DNA of 64,000 nt. Source: Sphingomonadaceae bacterium (lineage in GTDB: Bacteria > Pseudomonadota > Alphaproteobacteria > Sphingomonadales > Sphingomonadaceae). Positions within the stretch are counted from its first letter, which is position 1, and every line of letters begins with the position of its first letter. The DNA lies in the NCBI GenBank assembly GCA_039808025.1, contig JBDHSK010000009.1, positions 82,176-146,175 of the forward strand, read 5' to 3'. A program made the position numbers and the translations under genes. This document shows positions 39,105 through 49,294 of the stretch, piece by piece. Under the pieces are notes generated by a model. That model worked only from the letters and a program-made list of their open reading frames with translations, was not told the origin of the DNA and made no database searches.

Positions 39105-39267
39105 GAAAATGTTCCTGTGTTGGGGTGGTTCGTATCGGTGGGCAGGTAGGGTGGTTGTGCCATAGGTTCAAGATTCACGCTTCGGCGGCATCCAGACTGT
39201 TCTTTCGTCTTGTCAATTTCCCCTACAGACGCTTGCATGCACAAAATCAAAAGCTTGGGGAGCAATC

Positions 39268-40797
39268 ATGCCCGAATCACTGAAGATGGAACGTCGCCAA
39301 CTGATGACGGGGGCAGCTGCCCTGACAGCTGCCCTGTCGGTATCCGTGGCAAAGCCGGCTTTGGCGGCCGGTGTCGACAAGGCGCTGGAGAAGGCGGTTG
39401 CCGCCAATCATGATCAGGCGGTGCAGCGACTGAAAGACTGGATCGCCCTGCCATCGATCGCAGCCGAAGGGCGCAACATGCCCGAGGGGGCCGCCTATAT
39501 GGAGCAATTGCTGCGCGACGCCGGATTCCAGATGGTGAAGCAGGTGCCGACCAGCGGCTACCCGGTGGTGTTTGGCACCCTCGATGCCGGAGCAAGGAAA
39601 ACCCTGGCCATCTATTTCATGTATGATGTCAAGCAGTTCGATCCGGCTGAATGGCAGTATCCGCCGCTGGAAGGGCGACTGGTCGACAAGCCGGGTGTCG
39701 GCAAGGTGATGTATGGCCGGGGCGCCACCAATCAGAAGGGCCCCGAGGCGGCGTTTCTGGCGGCGCTGCATGCTTTCAAGACGGCGGGGAAGAAGCTGCC
39801 GGTCAACCTGGTGCTGGTGGCCGAAGGCGAGGAGGAAATCGCCTCGCCCCACTTCCACGAGGCCATCGCCCAGCCGGACGTATTCAATGCCCTGAAGAGA
39901 TCGGTTGGGATCATCATTCCGGCTGGTTGGCAATCGCTGTCGGATGGGGGCGTATCGATCAACCTCGGTGCCAAAGGATCGGTGGAGTTCGAGCTGACCT
40001 CTTCAGGCGAGACATGGGGTCGCGGGCCCAAGCACGACATCCATTCCAGCCAGTATGCACGGGTCGACAGCCCGGCGTGGCGGCTGGTGAAGGCGCTGGA
40101 TACGCTGGTGGCCGATGATGGCGTCACGCCCGCGATCGACGGGTTCATGGAGAATGTGCGGCCGCTGACACCGCGTGAGCGGGAATTGATCGCCCAGTCA
40201 GCCAGGGCGATGAGCGAAGCGGAAGCCAAGCGGGCGCTGGGGGTGGAGCACTGGATCAACGACATGACGTGGGAACAGTCGCTGGAGCGGCTGGCGGCGA
40301 TGCCAACCGTCAATATCCAGGGGCTGGTGGGCGGTTATACCGGGCCGGGGGGCAAAACCATTCTGCCCGCGAAGGCCACCGCCAAGCTTGAGTTCCGGCT
40401 GGTGCCTGACCAGACGCGGGCTGAAGCAGAAAAAAAGCTGCGGGATCATCTGGATGCCCATGGTTTCAAAGATATCGAGGTAAAGGTGACGGGTGGCTAT
40501 GGCCCCACCGAAACCGCCGAAAACAGCGCCCTCATCAAGGCCGAACGGGCAGTTTATGAACGTGCGGGCGTTCCGGTAACCGTCTATCCGCGCCTTGCCG
40601 GTTCGTGGCCGGGGGTGGTGTTCACGGCGCCGCCGCTCAGCCTTCCGGCCGGGCAGTTCGGGCTGGGCCATGGTGATGGTGCCCATGCGCCCAATGAATA
40701 TTTCCTGATCGACAGCACCAACCCCAAGGTGCGCGGAATCGATGGCGCCACCCTTGGCTATATCGATTTCCTCTACCAGATCGCCGCCACTGGCTGA
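39268..40797 (+). CDS. Secreted M20-family metallopeptidase (dipeptidase-like), Tat signal
   Basis: Twin-arginine signal MERRQLMTGAAALTAAL...ALAAG. M20 features YGRGATNQKG and VAEGEEEIASPH. Confidence 0.8.
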   Translation: MPESLKMERRQLMTGAAALTAALSVSVAKPALAAGVDKALEKAVAANHDQAVQRLKDWIALPSIAAEGRNMPEGAAYMEQLLRDAGFQMVKQVPTSGYPVVFGTLDAGARKTLAIYFMYDVKQFDPAEWQYPPLEGRLVDKPGVGKVMYGRGATNQKGPEAAFLAALHAFKTAGKKLPVNLVLVAEGEEEIASPHFHEAIAQPDVFNALKRSVGIIIPAGWQSLSDGGVSINLGAKGSVEFELTSSGETWGRGPKHDIHSSQYARVDSPAWRLVKALDTLVADDGVTPAIDGFMENVRPLTPRERELIAQSARAMSEAEAKRALGVEHWINDMTWEQSLERLAAMPTVNIQGLVGGYTGPGGKTILPAKATAKLEFRLVPDQTRAEAEKKLRDHLDAHGFKDIEVKVTGGYGPTETAENSALIKAERAVYERAGVPVTVYPRLAGSWPGVVFTAPPLSLPAGQFGLGHGDGAHAPNEYFLIDSTNPKVRGIDGATLGYIDFLYQIAATG

Positions 40798-40826
40798 TTG
40801 CGGCCAACATCGCTAAGGAAGCTGCG

Positions 40827-42908
40827 ATGCCACGGTTCCTGATGCTGTTGGCGCTGTTGCTGGCAGCGCCGGTGTTTGCGCAATCCTATGCGCAACTGCC
40901 GCACACACGCATTGAACTGATTTCCGAAACAACAGCGCCAAAGCCCGGAGATCGCTTTACAATCGGCCTGGTGCTTGAGCCGCAGGCGGGCTGGCACACC
41001 TATTGGCAGAATCCCGGAGACGCCGGGATGCCGCCCACGATCGCCTGGACCTTGCCCAAGGATGTTGTGGCCGGCCCGCTGCGCTTCCCGGTGCCGGAAA
41101 CCTTCGTTGTGAAAGGCATCATGAACCATGTGTACAGCCAGCGGAACATCTTGCTGGCCGATGTGCAGGTGCCCGCTGGCTTTTCCGGTTCCCTGCCATT
41201 GGTGGCCCGGGTTAGCTGGCTGGTATGCGATGATCGACTGTGCGTTCCCGAAAATGCAACGTTGCGGCTTGACCTTGCCACTGGCAGTGGCGCCCCTGAC
41301 CCGTTGCGTCGGGCTGATTTCGATTCCGCCCGTGCTGCCATGCCCCGCAAGCTGGCAGAAAACGGCGGATTTGCCGTGGACAATGGCCGGATCAGGCTGT
41401 CTGTGCCCTTTGCCGGCACCGACCGGGTGACGGCTGCCCATTTTTTCTCGGCCGGAGACAGTGACTTTGTCTTTGCCAGCCCGCAAACGGTGACGCGCAC
41501 GGATAATGCCCTGATCATCGAGGCCGATGCCGCAGGACCGCCGCCCGCCACCCTCGCTGGCGTGCTGCGGGTGGAGCAGGGCAAGCAGGTGCTGGGGCTG
41601 CAACTGAAGGCGGTTCCGGAAGCTGTCACTTCGGGCCGGCCACTTTCCGGCGCTGGTGCTAGGGCTGGTGCATCGGCGGCGCTTCTGCCAGCGCTGGGGC
41701 TGGCGATTCTGGGCGGGGTGTTGCTGAACCTGATGCCCTGTGTGTTCCCCATCCTCAGCCTGAAGGCCATGAGCCTGGCGCGCGCCGGGGAAACGCCGGC
41801 GCGGGCGCGCACCGAGGGCCTTGCCTATGCGGCCGGGGTGGTGCTGGTGACGACTCTGCTGGGGCTGGCGGTGATCCTGATTGCCCGGGCCGGGGCGGGG
41901 GCGGGTTGGGCCTTCCAGTTGCAGGAACCGCGGGTCATCGTGCTGCTGCTGCTTCTGACACTGGCGATCGGGCTCAATTTTGCCGGGTTGTTTGCCGTGA
42001 ACGCCGGCACATTGCAGGCAGGGCAGGGGCTGGCCAGCCGCCCGGGGGCCAGCGGGGCATTTTTCACCGGGGCGCTGGCGGCTTTCGTGGCGACGCCGTG
42101 CACCGGGCCGTTCATGGCAGGCGCCCTCGGGGCGGCGCTGGTGCTGCCACCGCGCGCCGGGTTGCTGGTTTTCGTAGGGCTGGGTTTCGGTCTGGCACTG
42201 CCGTTTCTGGCCATTGGGTTCATTCCGGCGTTGCGCCGCCACCTTCCCAAACCGGGGGCGTGGATGGAAACCTTCCGGCGGATTCTTGCCATTCCCATGT
42301 TGCTGACATCGCTGGCGCTGGCCTGGGTGCTGGGGCGGCAGACCGGGGTGCCGGGGTTGATGCTGGGGCTGCTGTCGGCCCTGTTGCTGGGGCTTGGCCT
42401 GTGGTGGCTGGGGTTGCGGCAGGCCCGGCGGGTTTCCGGCTGGCCGGGGCTGGTGGTGGCTGGCCTGGCAGTTCTGGCTGCCCCATTCGGGCTGTCGTGC
42501 CTGCCGGCTGCTACCGCTGCTGCTGCCGAAGCAGCGCCGGAAGCCCCCGAGGCGCTGGGTGCGGTTTCTTGGTCGCCCGAGAAGCTGGCGGCGGCACAGG
42601 CAGCGGGCAAGCCCGTTTTCCTGTATTTCACTGCCGACTGGTGCCTTACCTGCAAGGTGAACGAGCGTGGGGCGCTGGCGTCGGACGCCGTTGCCGACCA
42701 TTTCCGCAAACAGGGCATTTCCGTGATGGTGGGAGACTGGACCAGGCCCGACGCTGCCATCGCCCGCTTCCTGGAAGAGCGGGGGCGCGCGGGCATACCG
42801 CTCTATCTGTTTTATGCCGCTGATGGCAGCGTCACCGAGCTTCCGCAATTGCTGACGGTGAACATGCTGACAGCGCTCGCAAGCTCTGGTTCAGCCACCA
42901 AACCCTAG
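40827..42908 (+). CDS. DsbD/ScsB-type thiol:disulfide interchange membrane protein
   Basis: Signal peptide and N-terminal periplasmic domain. TM core with the conserved Cys motifs NLMPCVFPIL and TPCTGPF. C-terminal thioredoxin fold with WCLTC. Confidence 0.85.
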   Translation: MPRFLMLLALLLAAPVFAQSYAQLPHTRIELISETTAPKPGDRFTIGLVLEPQAGWHTYWQNPGDAGMPPTIAWTLPKDVVAGPLRFPVPETFVVKGIMNHVYSQRNILLADVQVPAGFSGSLPLVARVSWLVCDDRLCVPENATLRLDLATGSGAPDPLRRADFDSARAAMPRKLAENGGFAVDNGRIRLSVPFAGTDRVTAAHFFSAGDSDFVFASPQTVTRTDNALIIEADAAGPPPATLAGVLRVEQGKQVLGLQLKAVPEAVTSGRPLSGAGARAGASAALLPALGLAILGGVLLNLMPCVFPILSLKAMSLARAGETPARARTEGLAYAAGVVLVTTLLGLAVILIARAGAGAGWAFQLQEPRVIVLLLLLTLAIGLNFAGLFAVNAGTLQAGQGLASRPGASGAFFTGALAAFVATPCTGPFMAGALGAALVLPPRAGLLVFVGLGFGLALPFLAIGFIPALRRHLPKPGAWMETFRRILAIPMLLTSLALAWVLGRQTGVPGLMLGLLSALLLGLGLWWLGLRQARRVSGWPGLVVAGLAVLAAPFGLSCLPAATAAAAEAAPEAPEALGAVSWSPEKLAAAQAAGKPVFLYFTADWCLTCKVNERGALASDAVADHFRKQGISVMVGDWTRPDAAIARFLEERGRAGIPLYLFYAADGSVTELPQLLTVNMLTALASSGSATKP

Positions 42909-42918
42909 AGATTCCCGC

Positions 42919-43515
42919 ATGATGAAACATCTGTTGATCGCATCTTCGTTCCTGCTGGCTGCTGCACCGTCGCTGGCAGCAGCTGTGGTTGGGCAGCCGG
43001 CGCCGGCCTTTTCGGTGGCAGACAGTAACGGGCGCACCGTTTCGCTTGCTGATTTCAAGGGAAAAACCGTGGTTCTGGAATGGACCGACCCTGAGTGCCC
43101 GTTCGTTCAGAAGCATTACAATGGCGCCATGCAGAAGCTGCAGGCCGATGCCCGCCGCGATGGCGTTGTGTGGCTGACAGTCAATTCCGAAGGCGCGGGC
43201 AAGCAGGGGGCTGTTTCGGCGGCACAGGCCAATCGCTATGTGCGCAGCAATGGCCTGATGCCGGCAGCCTATCTGCTGGATACCAGTGGCGCCATGGCCA
43301 GGGCTTATGGTGCCCGCACCACCCCGCACATGTTCGTCATCAACAAGGAAGGCGTTGTGGCGTACGCCGGCGGGATCGACTCCATCCCATCGGCCGATCC
43401 GGCGGATACCGGGCGGGCACAGAATTTCGTGCAGTTGGCACTTTCCGACCTGAAGGCTGGCAAGGCGGTTGCCACACCATCGACCCGACCATACGGCTGT
43501 TCCATCAAGTTCTGA
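42919..43515 (+). CDS. Periplasmic redoxin/thioredoxin-fold protein
   Basis: Signal peptide, DFKGKTVVLEWTDPECPFV and TPHMFVINKEG, typical of AhpC/TSA-redoxin-like proteins. Confidence 0.75.
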   Translation: MMKHLLIASSFLLAAAPSLAAAVVGQPAPAFSVADSNGRTVSLADFKGKTVVLEWTDPECPFVQKHYNGAMQKLQADARRDGVVWLTVNSEGAGKQGAVSAAQANRYVRSNGLMPAAYLLDTSGAMARAYGARTTPHMFVINKEGVVAYAGGIDSIPSADPADTGRAQNFVQLALSDLKAGKAVATPSTRPYGCSIKF

Positions 43516-43599
43516 TCCGGCTCTGCCGGTTGTCTGGCGCAGATGATTGGCAACGACAGCGGCGCTGATCATCGCTATGGTGACGTCAGGAGATCTGCT

Positions 43600-45924
43600 A
43601 TGACCATCGCTGCAAAGCGGCCCTCGCGGGTGGCCCCTGAATTGCTCGATCTGCTCGACACCCGATTGCGGTGGCTGTCGTCGTGGATGGTGCACAATGC
43701 CAACCATCTGCGCGAAAACCGCGACGGTCTGAAAGTGGGCGGGCACCAGGCCAGCTGCGCCTCGATGTCGACAATCATGGCGGTTCTGTATGCGACTGCG
43801 CTGCGTGCCAACGACAAGGTGGCAGTGAAGCCGCACGCCGGGCCGTTGCTGCATGCGCTGCATTATCTGCTGGGCAACCAGACCCTTGAGCGCATGCAGG
43901 CCTTTCGCGGCCTTGGCGGCGTGCAGAGCTACCCAAGCCGCACCAAGGATCGCATCCCTGTTGATTTCTCCACTGGCTCGGTGGGACTGGGGGTGGCCAT
44001 CACCGCCTTCGCCAGCCTCGCTCAGGATTTTCTGATCGCCCACGGGCACATGCGGCCTGAAGATGCCGGGCGGATGATTGCGCTGATGGGCGATGCCGAG
44101 CTTGACGAAGGCAATATCTATGAGTGCCTGATAGAGGCCTACAAGCACGATATCCGCAACTGCTGGTGGATCGTCGACTATAACCGTCAGTCGCTCGATT
44201 CGACGACGGCTGACCGCATGTTCCGCCGTTTCGACGATATTTTCGAGACCTGCGGCTGGCGTGTCGTCACTCTGAAGCACGGGGTGCGGCAGCGCGAGAT
44301 CTTTGCCCGCCCGGGCGGCGCCCGGCTGGAGGCATGGATCGACCATTGCCCCAATGCCGATTATGCGGCCCTCACCTATCAGGGCGGGGCGGCCTGGCGT
44401 GCCCGTCTTCGGCAGGATCTGGCCGGTCACGAAGATACCCTGCACCTGGTTGAGGGGCTGGATGACGATTCGCTTGCCCATCTGATGACCAATCTTGGCG
44501 GCCACTGCGCCCAGACGCTCGCGGAAGCGTTTGCCGCTGCCGACGATGACCGGCCGACCCTGTTCATCGCCTATACCGTGAAGGGCTATGGCCTGCCGCT
44601 GGCCGGCCACAAGGATAATCATGCCGGGCAGATGACCACGGCCCAGATCGAGGGGCTTAGATCGAGTCTTGGCATCAGGGAAGGCGAGGAGTGGGAGAAA
44701 TGGGCCGGCGTTGGCGGAAATGCCCGCGCCGAGCTGGAGGCGCTGCTTGCCACCATGAAGCTGTCGGTTTCCTGGCCTGCCGAACCGCCGCTGCCGGTGC
44801 CGGCCATCGTGGCGCCAGACGGACGGGAACAGGCGACGCAGATGGCGTTCGGCAAGATCCTGCTCGACCTCTCACGCGGGGAATCACAGCTTGCGAAACG
44901 TATTGTCACCACCTCGCCCGATGTCACGGTTTCCACCAATCTTGGTCCGTGGGTGAACCAGCGCGGGCTGTTCCGCCGCAACCGGCTGGCTGATGTGTTC
45001 CGGCAGGCGCGGATACCCTCGGCGCAGAAATGGTCGGGGGATTCCGCTGGCCAGCATGTCGAGCTGGGGATTGCCGAGAGCAACCTGTTCCTGGTGCTGG
45101 CGGCGTTCGGCCTTGCCATGCCGTTGTTCGGCAGCCGCCTGCTACCCATCGGTACCGTCTATGACCCGTTCATTGCCCGCGGTCTCGATCAGCTGAATTA
45201 TGCCTGTTACCAGGATGCCCGCTTCATGCTTGTTGCCACGCCTTCAGGCCTCACTCTGGGGCCGGAAGGGGGCGCCCACCAGTCGATCAACACCCCGCTC
45301 ATCACCATGTCGCAGCCGGGGCTTACCAGCTTCGAGCCGGCCTTTGCCGACGAACTGGCACTGATGATGGAGTGGGCCTTTGCCCACATGCAAAAGCCCG
45401 AAGGCGGCTCGGTGGCCTTCCGGCTTTCTACCCGCCAGATTGCTCAGGCGCATCGCAACGACGACGGCTGGCGTGCCGGGGCACTGGCAGGCGGCTACTG
45501 GCTGCATCGCCCCAAGGGCAATTGCGCCATTGCCTATATGGGGGCGCTGGCGCCTGAGGCGATGGCCGCATGGGCCGAGCTTGCCGCTGACGAGATGCCG
45601 GGGGTTGGCCTGCTGGCCATTACCTCGCCGGGACGCCTGCACTCCGGATGGTCGGCCGCGGTTGCCGCGCGCGATGGCGGAGAGCGAGCGGCTGCCTCGC
45701 ATGTCGAGGAGCTTCTGGCGCCGCTGGGGCGCGATGGCCGGCTGGTCACCATTCTTGACGGGGCGCCATCGGCACTGTCGTGGCTGGGGGCGGTGCATGG
45801 GCAGCAGGTGCGGCCTTTGGGGGTTGATCGCTTTGGACAGACCGGCGACCTGCCAGACCTCTATCACGCCTATGGGCTGGATAGCGCGGCGATCGTGCGG
45901 GCGGCCCACCGGATGTTTGCCTGA
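43600..45924 (+). CDS. Pyruvate-dehydrogenase-E1-like (homodimeric type) thiamine-diphosphate enzyme
   Basis: GGHQASCASM, the ThDP motif GDAELDEGN...NRQSLD, and C-terminal transketolase-like domains. Start chosen at ATG 43600 (the track ORF begins at 43543). No E2/E3 genes nearby. Confidence 0.6.
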   Translation: MTIAAKRPSRVAPELLDLLDTRLRWLSSWMVHNANHLRENRDGLKVGGHQASCASMSTIMAVLYATALRANDKVAVKPHAGPLLHALHYLLGNQTLERMQAFRGLGGVQSYPSRTKDRIPVDFSTGSVGLGVAITAFASLAQDFLIAHGHMRPEDAGRMIALMGDAELDEGNIYECLIEAYKHDIRNCWWIVDYNRQSLDSTTADRMFRRFDDIFETCGWRVVTLKHGVRQREIFARPGGARLEAWIDHCPNADYAALTYQGGAAWRARLRQDLAGHEDTLHLVEGLDDDSLAHLMTNLGGHCAQTLAEAFAAADDDRPTLFIAYTVKGYGLPLAGHKDNHAGQMTTAQIEGLRSSLGIREGEEWEKWAGVGGNARAELEALLATMKLSVSWPAEPPLPVPAIVAPDGREQATQMAFGKILLDLSRGESQLAKRIVTTSPDVTVSTNLGPWVNQRGLFRRNRLADVFRQARIPSAQKWSGDSAGQHVELGIAESNLFLVLAAFGLAMPLFGSRLLPIGTVYDPFIARGLDQLNYACYQDARFMLVATPSGLTLGPEGGAHQSINTPLITMSQPGLTSFEPAFADELALMMEWAFAHMQKPEGGSVAFRLSTRQIAQAHRNDDGWRAGALAGGYWLHRPKGNCAIAYMGALAPEAMAAWAELAADEMPGVGLLAITSPGRLHSGWSAAVAARDGGERAAASHVEELLAPLGRDGRLVTILDGAPSALSWLGAVHGQQVRPLGVDRFGQTGDLPDLYHAYGLDSAAIVRAAHRMFA

Positions 45925-45982
45925 ACAGCGCCTGGGCTGCTAATTACGGGGTGACGCAACCGGGCGCAGGCCCTATCTGGCG

Positions 45983-46783
45983 ATGATGGCCTCTGAACCA
46001 CTTCGTATTGCCAGCTGGAACATCAACAGCATCCGCGCCCGTCCGCACCTCGTGGAGCAGCTGCTGGCCACCACCCGCGTCGATATTCTGTGTCTGCAGG
46101 AAACCAAGTGCGAAAACAGCCAGTTTCCCCGCGCTGTGGCGCAGGGCTGGGGGTTTGCCCACCAGTATCTGGCCGGGCAGCGCATGCACCATGGCGTGGC
46201 AATCCTGTCGCGCTTTCCGCTCGAGCCGCTGCCCAGCCTCGACTGGCAGGGCAATGGCGAAGCGCGGCACATAGCCGTGCGGCTGCCTTCGGGGGTGGCG
46301 GTGCATAATGTCTATGTACCGGCGGGTGGCGATGTGCCCGATCGGGAAGTCAACCCCAAGTTCGGGCAGAAGCTCGATTTTCTGGAACGGATGACCAAGT
46401 GGTCGTCGCGCGTTTCCGAGCCAACGATCGTGCTGGGGGATTTCAATATCGCTCCCTACGAACAGGACGTGTGGAACCACAAGGCCCTCCTGGATGTGGT
46501 GAGCCACACCCCCGTCGAGGTGGAAGCGCTTGCCAGGCTGCAGCAAAGCCATGGCTGGGTTGATCTGGGGCGCCATTTCGTTCCGCTGCCCGAGAAGCTT
46601 TATACCTGGTGGAGCTATCGGGCGCGCGACTGGCAACTGGCCAACCGCGGGCGACGCCTCGATCATATCTGGTGCTCGCCGGCCCTGTTGGCCTCTGTGC
46701 GAGCCATCGACACGCTCACCCAGGCGCGCAACTGGGATCGCCCGTCGGACCATGTGCCGCTGGTTGGGGAATTTGCGCTGTGA
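45983..46783 (+). CDS. xthA: Exodeoxyribonuclease III
   Basis: LRIASWNINSIRAR, ILCLQETK, VLGDFNIAP and RPSDHVPL. Confidence 0.9.
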   Translation: MMASEPLRIASWNINSIRARPHLVEQLLATTRVDILCLQETKCENSQFPRAVAQGWGFAHQYLAGQRMHHGVAILSRFPLEPLPSLDWQGNGEARHIAVRLPSGVAVHNVYVPAGGDVPDREVNPKFGQKLDFLERMTKWSSRVSEPTIVLGDFNIAPYEQDVWNHKALLDVVSHTPVEVEALARLQQSHGWVDLGRHFVPLPEKLYTWWSYRARDWQLANRGRRLDHIWCSPALLASVRAIDTLTQARNWDRPSDHVPLVGEFAL

Positions 46784-47886
46784 GCGACCTGTGGCTGGCG
46801 CGTGGCGCTGACGACCTGCGGCGCGGCGAGATTGTCCGCATTAGCGATGGCGCCGTGACCCTTGATATCGTCGCCACGGAACTGGCCACGCCGGAAAGCC
46901 TGTCGCAGCTGGAGCAGGGGGGAGCACCTGCCGACCTGCTGATCACGGCCGAGCGTGCGGCGACACTCAAGATCATGAACCAGCTGGCGGCTGCAGATGC
47001 TGCTGCAAGCGGCGAGCCGGTGGCCATCACCCGGGCGCCGTGGCTCGATCTGGCGAAATCGATGGCGACCGCCGATCCGCAGGATGATCTGGCCGACCCG
47101 GTGAAAGGGCCATTTCCTACCCGCCCGCTTGGCCGCCAGCATCGGGCAGCCAGTGCGGCGCTGGCTCTTGCCAAACGCGCGGCCCTGTTGCCGGCGGTGT
47201 TTGCAGTGGAACCCCGCGACTCGGCCGCGCCCGATGGTGCTGCCGAGCGAATCACCCTGGCGGCAGACGAGGTGCTGGCATGGCGGCGGGCGCCGCGTCT
47301 ACGGGTGGTGGCGCGCGCGCGCCTGCCGCTGGCCGGGGCGCCGGATACTCAGGTGGTTGCCTTTCGCCCTGCCGATGGCGGCCCCGAACATCTGGCGCTG
47401 ATGATCGGCAATGCCGGTGGGAGCAGCGGGCGGCCGCCGCTGGTGCGCCTGCACAGCGCCTGCCTGACCGGCGATGCACTTGGCAGCCTGAAATGTGATT
47501 GCGGGCCGCAGTTGCGGGCAGCGGTGGCGCGGATTGCCGAGGAAGGCGGCGGCATTCTGCTTTATCTGCAACAGGAGGGCAGGGGGATCGGCCTTCTGAA
47601 CAAGCTGCGGGCCTATGCCCTTCAGGATCAGGGCTTTGATACCGTCGACGCCAATCTGCGGTTGGGATACGCCGAGGACGAACGAGACTTCGACCTGGCA
47701 GCCGCCATGTTGCGGCTGCTGCATATCGACAGGATACGTCTTTTGTCCAACAATCCGGCCAAGGCTCAGGCGCTGGAGACCGGCGGCGTGGCGGTTGCGG
47801 ACCTGGTGCCGCATCGCTTTGGCGCCAACCCGCACAATGCCCATTACCTGGCCACCAAGCGTGATCGGCAGGGCCACCGGTTGTGA
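46780..47886 (+). CDS. ribA: GTP cyclohydrolase II with about 170-aa N-terminal extension
   Basis: GTG 46780 overlaps the xthA stop (GTGA). The C-terminal half carries RLHSACLTGDALGSLKCDCG, QEGRGIGLLNKLRAY and RLLSNNP. Confidence 0.8.
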   Translation: MSDLWLARGADDLRRGEIVRISDGAVTLDIVATELATPESLSQLEQGGAPADLLITAERAATLKIMNQLAAADAAASGEPVAITRAPWLDLAKSMATADPQDDLADPVKGPFPTRPLGRQHRAASAALALAKRAALLPAVFAVEPRDSAAPDGAAERITLAADEVLAWRRAPRLRVVARARLPLAGAPDTQVVAFRPADGGPEHLALMIGNAGGSSGRPPLVRLHSACLTGDALGSLKCDCGPQLRAAVARIAEEGGGILLYLQQEGRGIGLLNKLRAYALQDQGFDTVDANLRLGYAEDERDFDLAAAMLRLLHIDRIRLLSNNPAKAQALETGGVAVADLVPHRFGANPHNAHYLATKRDRQGHRL

Positions 47887-48389
47887 TCATTTCTGTCGAT
47901 GGCATCAGCCAGACAGTGCATGCTGCTGACTCCGTTTTCCGCTGCGCCATTGGCCGCAACGGGGTGATCGCAGCCGATGCAAAGCGGGAGGGAGATGGTG
48001 CAACCCCGATCGGGCGCTGGCGGTTGCGTGGCGTGCTGCTGCGCCCCGACCGGGTGCCGCTGCCGCCATTACGCCTGCCGTGGCGATGGTTGCGCCCCCA
48101 TGATGGCTGGAGCGATGACCCGCGCGATCCCGCCTATAACCAGCCGGTCTGCCATCCGCACCCGTTCGGCGCCGAACGGCTGTGGCGCGACGACCATGCC
48201 TATGACATCATCGTCGTGATCGATCACAACAGCCAGCCGGTGGTTCCGGGGCAGGGAAGCGCCGTATTCTGGCATCTGGCCCAGCCCGATTGGCAGCCGA
48301 CGGCAGGGTGCATCGCCATGGAAAGATCGGCGATGCTTGACCTGCTGCCCCGGCTCGATCGCCGAAGCATCCTGTCGGTGGAAGGCTGA
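47883..48389 (+). CDS. YkuD-like L,D-transpeptidase-fold protein (no signal peptide)
   Basis: GTG 47883 overlaps the ribA stop (GTGA). GQGSAVFWHLA...PTAGCIAM matches the H-x(n)-GC catalytic signature. Confidence 0.65.
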   Translation: MIISVDGISQTVHAADSVFRCAIGRNGVIAADAKREGDGATPIGRWRLRGVLLRPDRVPLPPLRLPWRWLRPHDGWSDDPRDPAYNQPVCHPHPFGAERLWRDDHAYDIIVVIDHNSQPVVPGQGSAVFWHLAQPDWQPTAGCIAMERSAMLDLLPRLDRRSILSVEG

Positions 48390-48396
48390 CGTCAGC

Positions 48397-48978
48397 CTAT
48401 CGGCAGCGTCTTTTGCCGCAGAACTGGTTGACGTCGGGCAGGATTACCCATTCGAGTTTCAGGTCGCGCAAAGGTTCGGTCTGGTGAATGCCAAGGCTGC
48501 TGCGGAACTCTGGCAGTTCGCTGGTGGCGAATGGCCCCAACTGGCCCTTGGGAACTGCCAGCGCCCGCTTGCCGATGCGCGATGCGGCATTACAGAACGC
48601 GATCTGGGCATCGAAGGTTGACCAGCTCTGGTTGGCGCGGGTTGCATACGTGTCGAAGGCGCGTTCCCCGGCGCGGCCTTTCTGCATGCGCCGGAAATAG
48701 CCGGTCATTTGCGCAAAGGCGGTGGCCAGTTCGTCGGAGTGTTGACGCAGCAGGGCATTGTAGGTGGGCACCGTTTGCAGGAACGGTGAGAACTGGCACT
48801 GCAGCGCTGCGACATTGAGGCCGGCGCGCAGAATCCAGATATCGTTGGCCACCGATTCTTTGGGGGTAAGCCCCGGAAGTGCCGGGGCTGGCGACATTGC
48901 GCTTGCTGTCTGAAACGGCAGGAACACTGCCAGTATCGGCAGTAACGCCACAAATACCTTGCGTTTCATGCTGGGCAT
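48397..48978 (-). CDS. Secreted hypothetical protein
   Basis: Signal peptide MKRKVFVALLPILAVFLPFQTASA. No recognisable motif. Confidence 0.5.
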   Translation of the reverse strand: MPSMKRKVFVALLPILAVFLPFQTASAMSPAPALPGLTPKESVANDIWILRAGLNVAALQCQFSPFLQTVPTYNALLRQHSDELATAFAQMTGYFRRMQKGRAGERAFDTYATRANQSWSTFDAQIAFCNAASRIGKRALAVPKGQLGPFATSELPEFRSSLGIHQTEPLRDLKLEWVILPDVNQFCGKRRCR

Positions 48979-48991
48979 TTTCAGAGAATTT

Positions 48992-49294
48992 TCAGCCTAG
49001 CAGCTTGCTGAGCTGCAGGGCAATGCTCATATCGCCCTCAACCTTCAGTTTACCCATCATGAAAGCCATTTGCGGGTTTTGCTTGCCAGTGGCAATATCC
49101 TCGAAATCGGCCATCGATACCTTAATGCGACAATCGGCATTGCCATCGTTATTGTGAACCGTGGGCGGCGTGACGCTGCTGTCGATTGCGACGAGGCCAT
49201 CGCTGCCAAAATCAAAAATCACCACTTTGCCGGGAATCCCGCCGCCGGAGGTTACTTTCTCCGATAATTTTTCAGTGATGGTTTCAAGGCTCAT
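48992..49294 (-). CDS. SCP2 sterol-carrier-like domain protein
   Basis: Trimmed to ATG 49294. ADFEDIATGKQNPQMAFMMGKLKVEGDMSIALQL is the SCP2 C-terminal signature. Confidence 0.75.
   Translation of the reverse strand: MSLETITEKLSEKVTSGGGIPGKVVIFDFGSDGLVAIDSSVTPPTVHNNDGNADCRIKVSMADFEDIATGKQNPQMAFMMGKLKVEGDMSIALQLSKLLG

Noticed and set aside
40773-44622. Very long minus-strand ORFs (691 aa at 40773..42848 and 596 aa at 42832..44622) opposite dsbD, the redoxin gene and the E1-like gene.
   Set aside because: These are Arg/Pro/Gly/Gln-rich low-complexity translations with no motifs. They are typical shadow ORFs in high-G+C DNA opposite clearly motif-bearing genes. The same reasoning rejects 32091..34112(+), 34587..36176(+), 58137..59861(+), 8961..10223(-) and 24521..25711(+).
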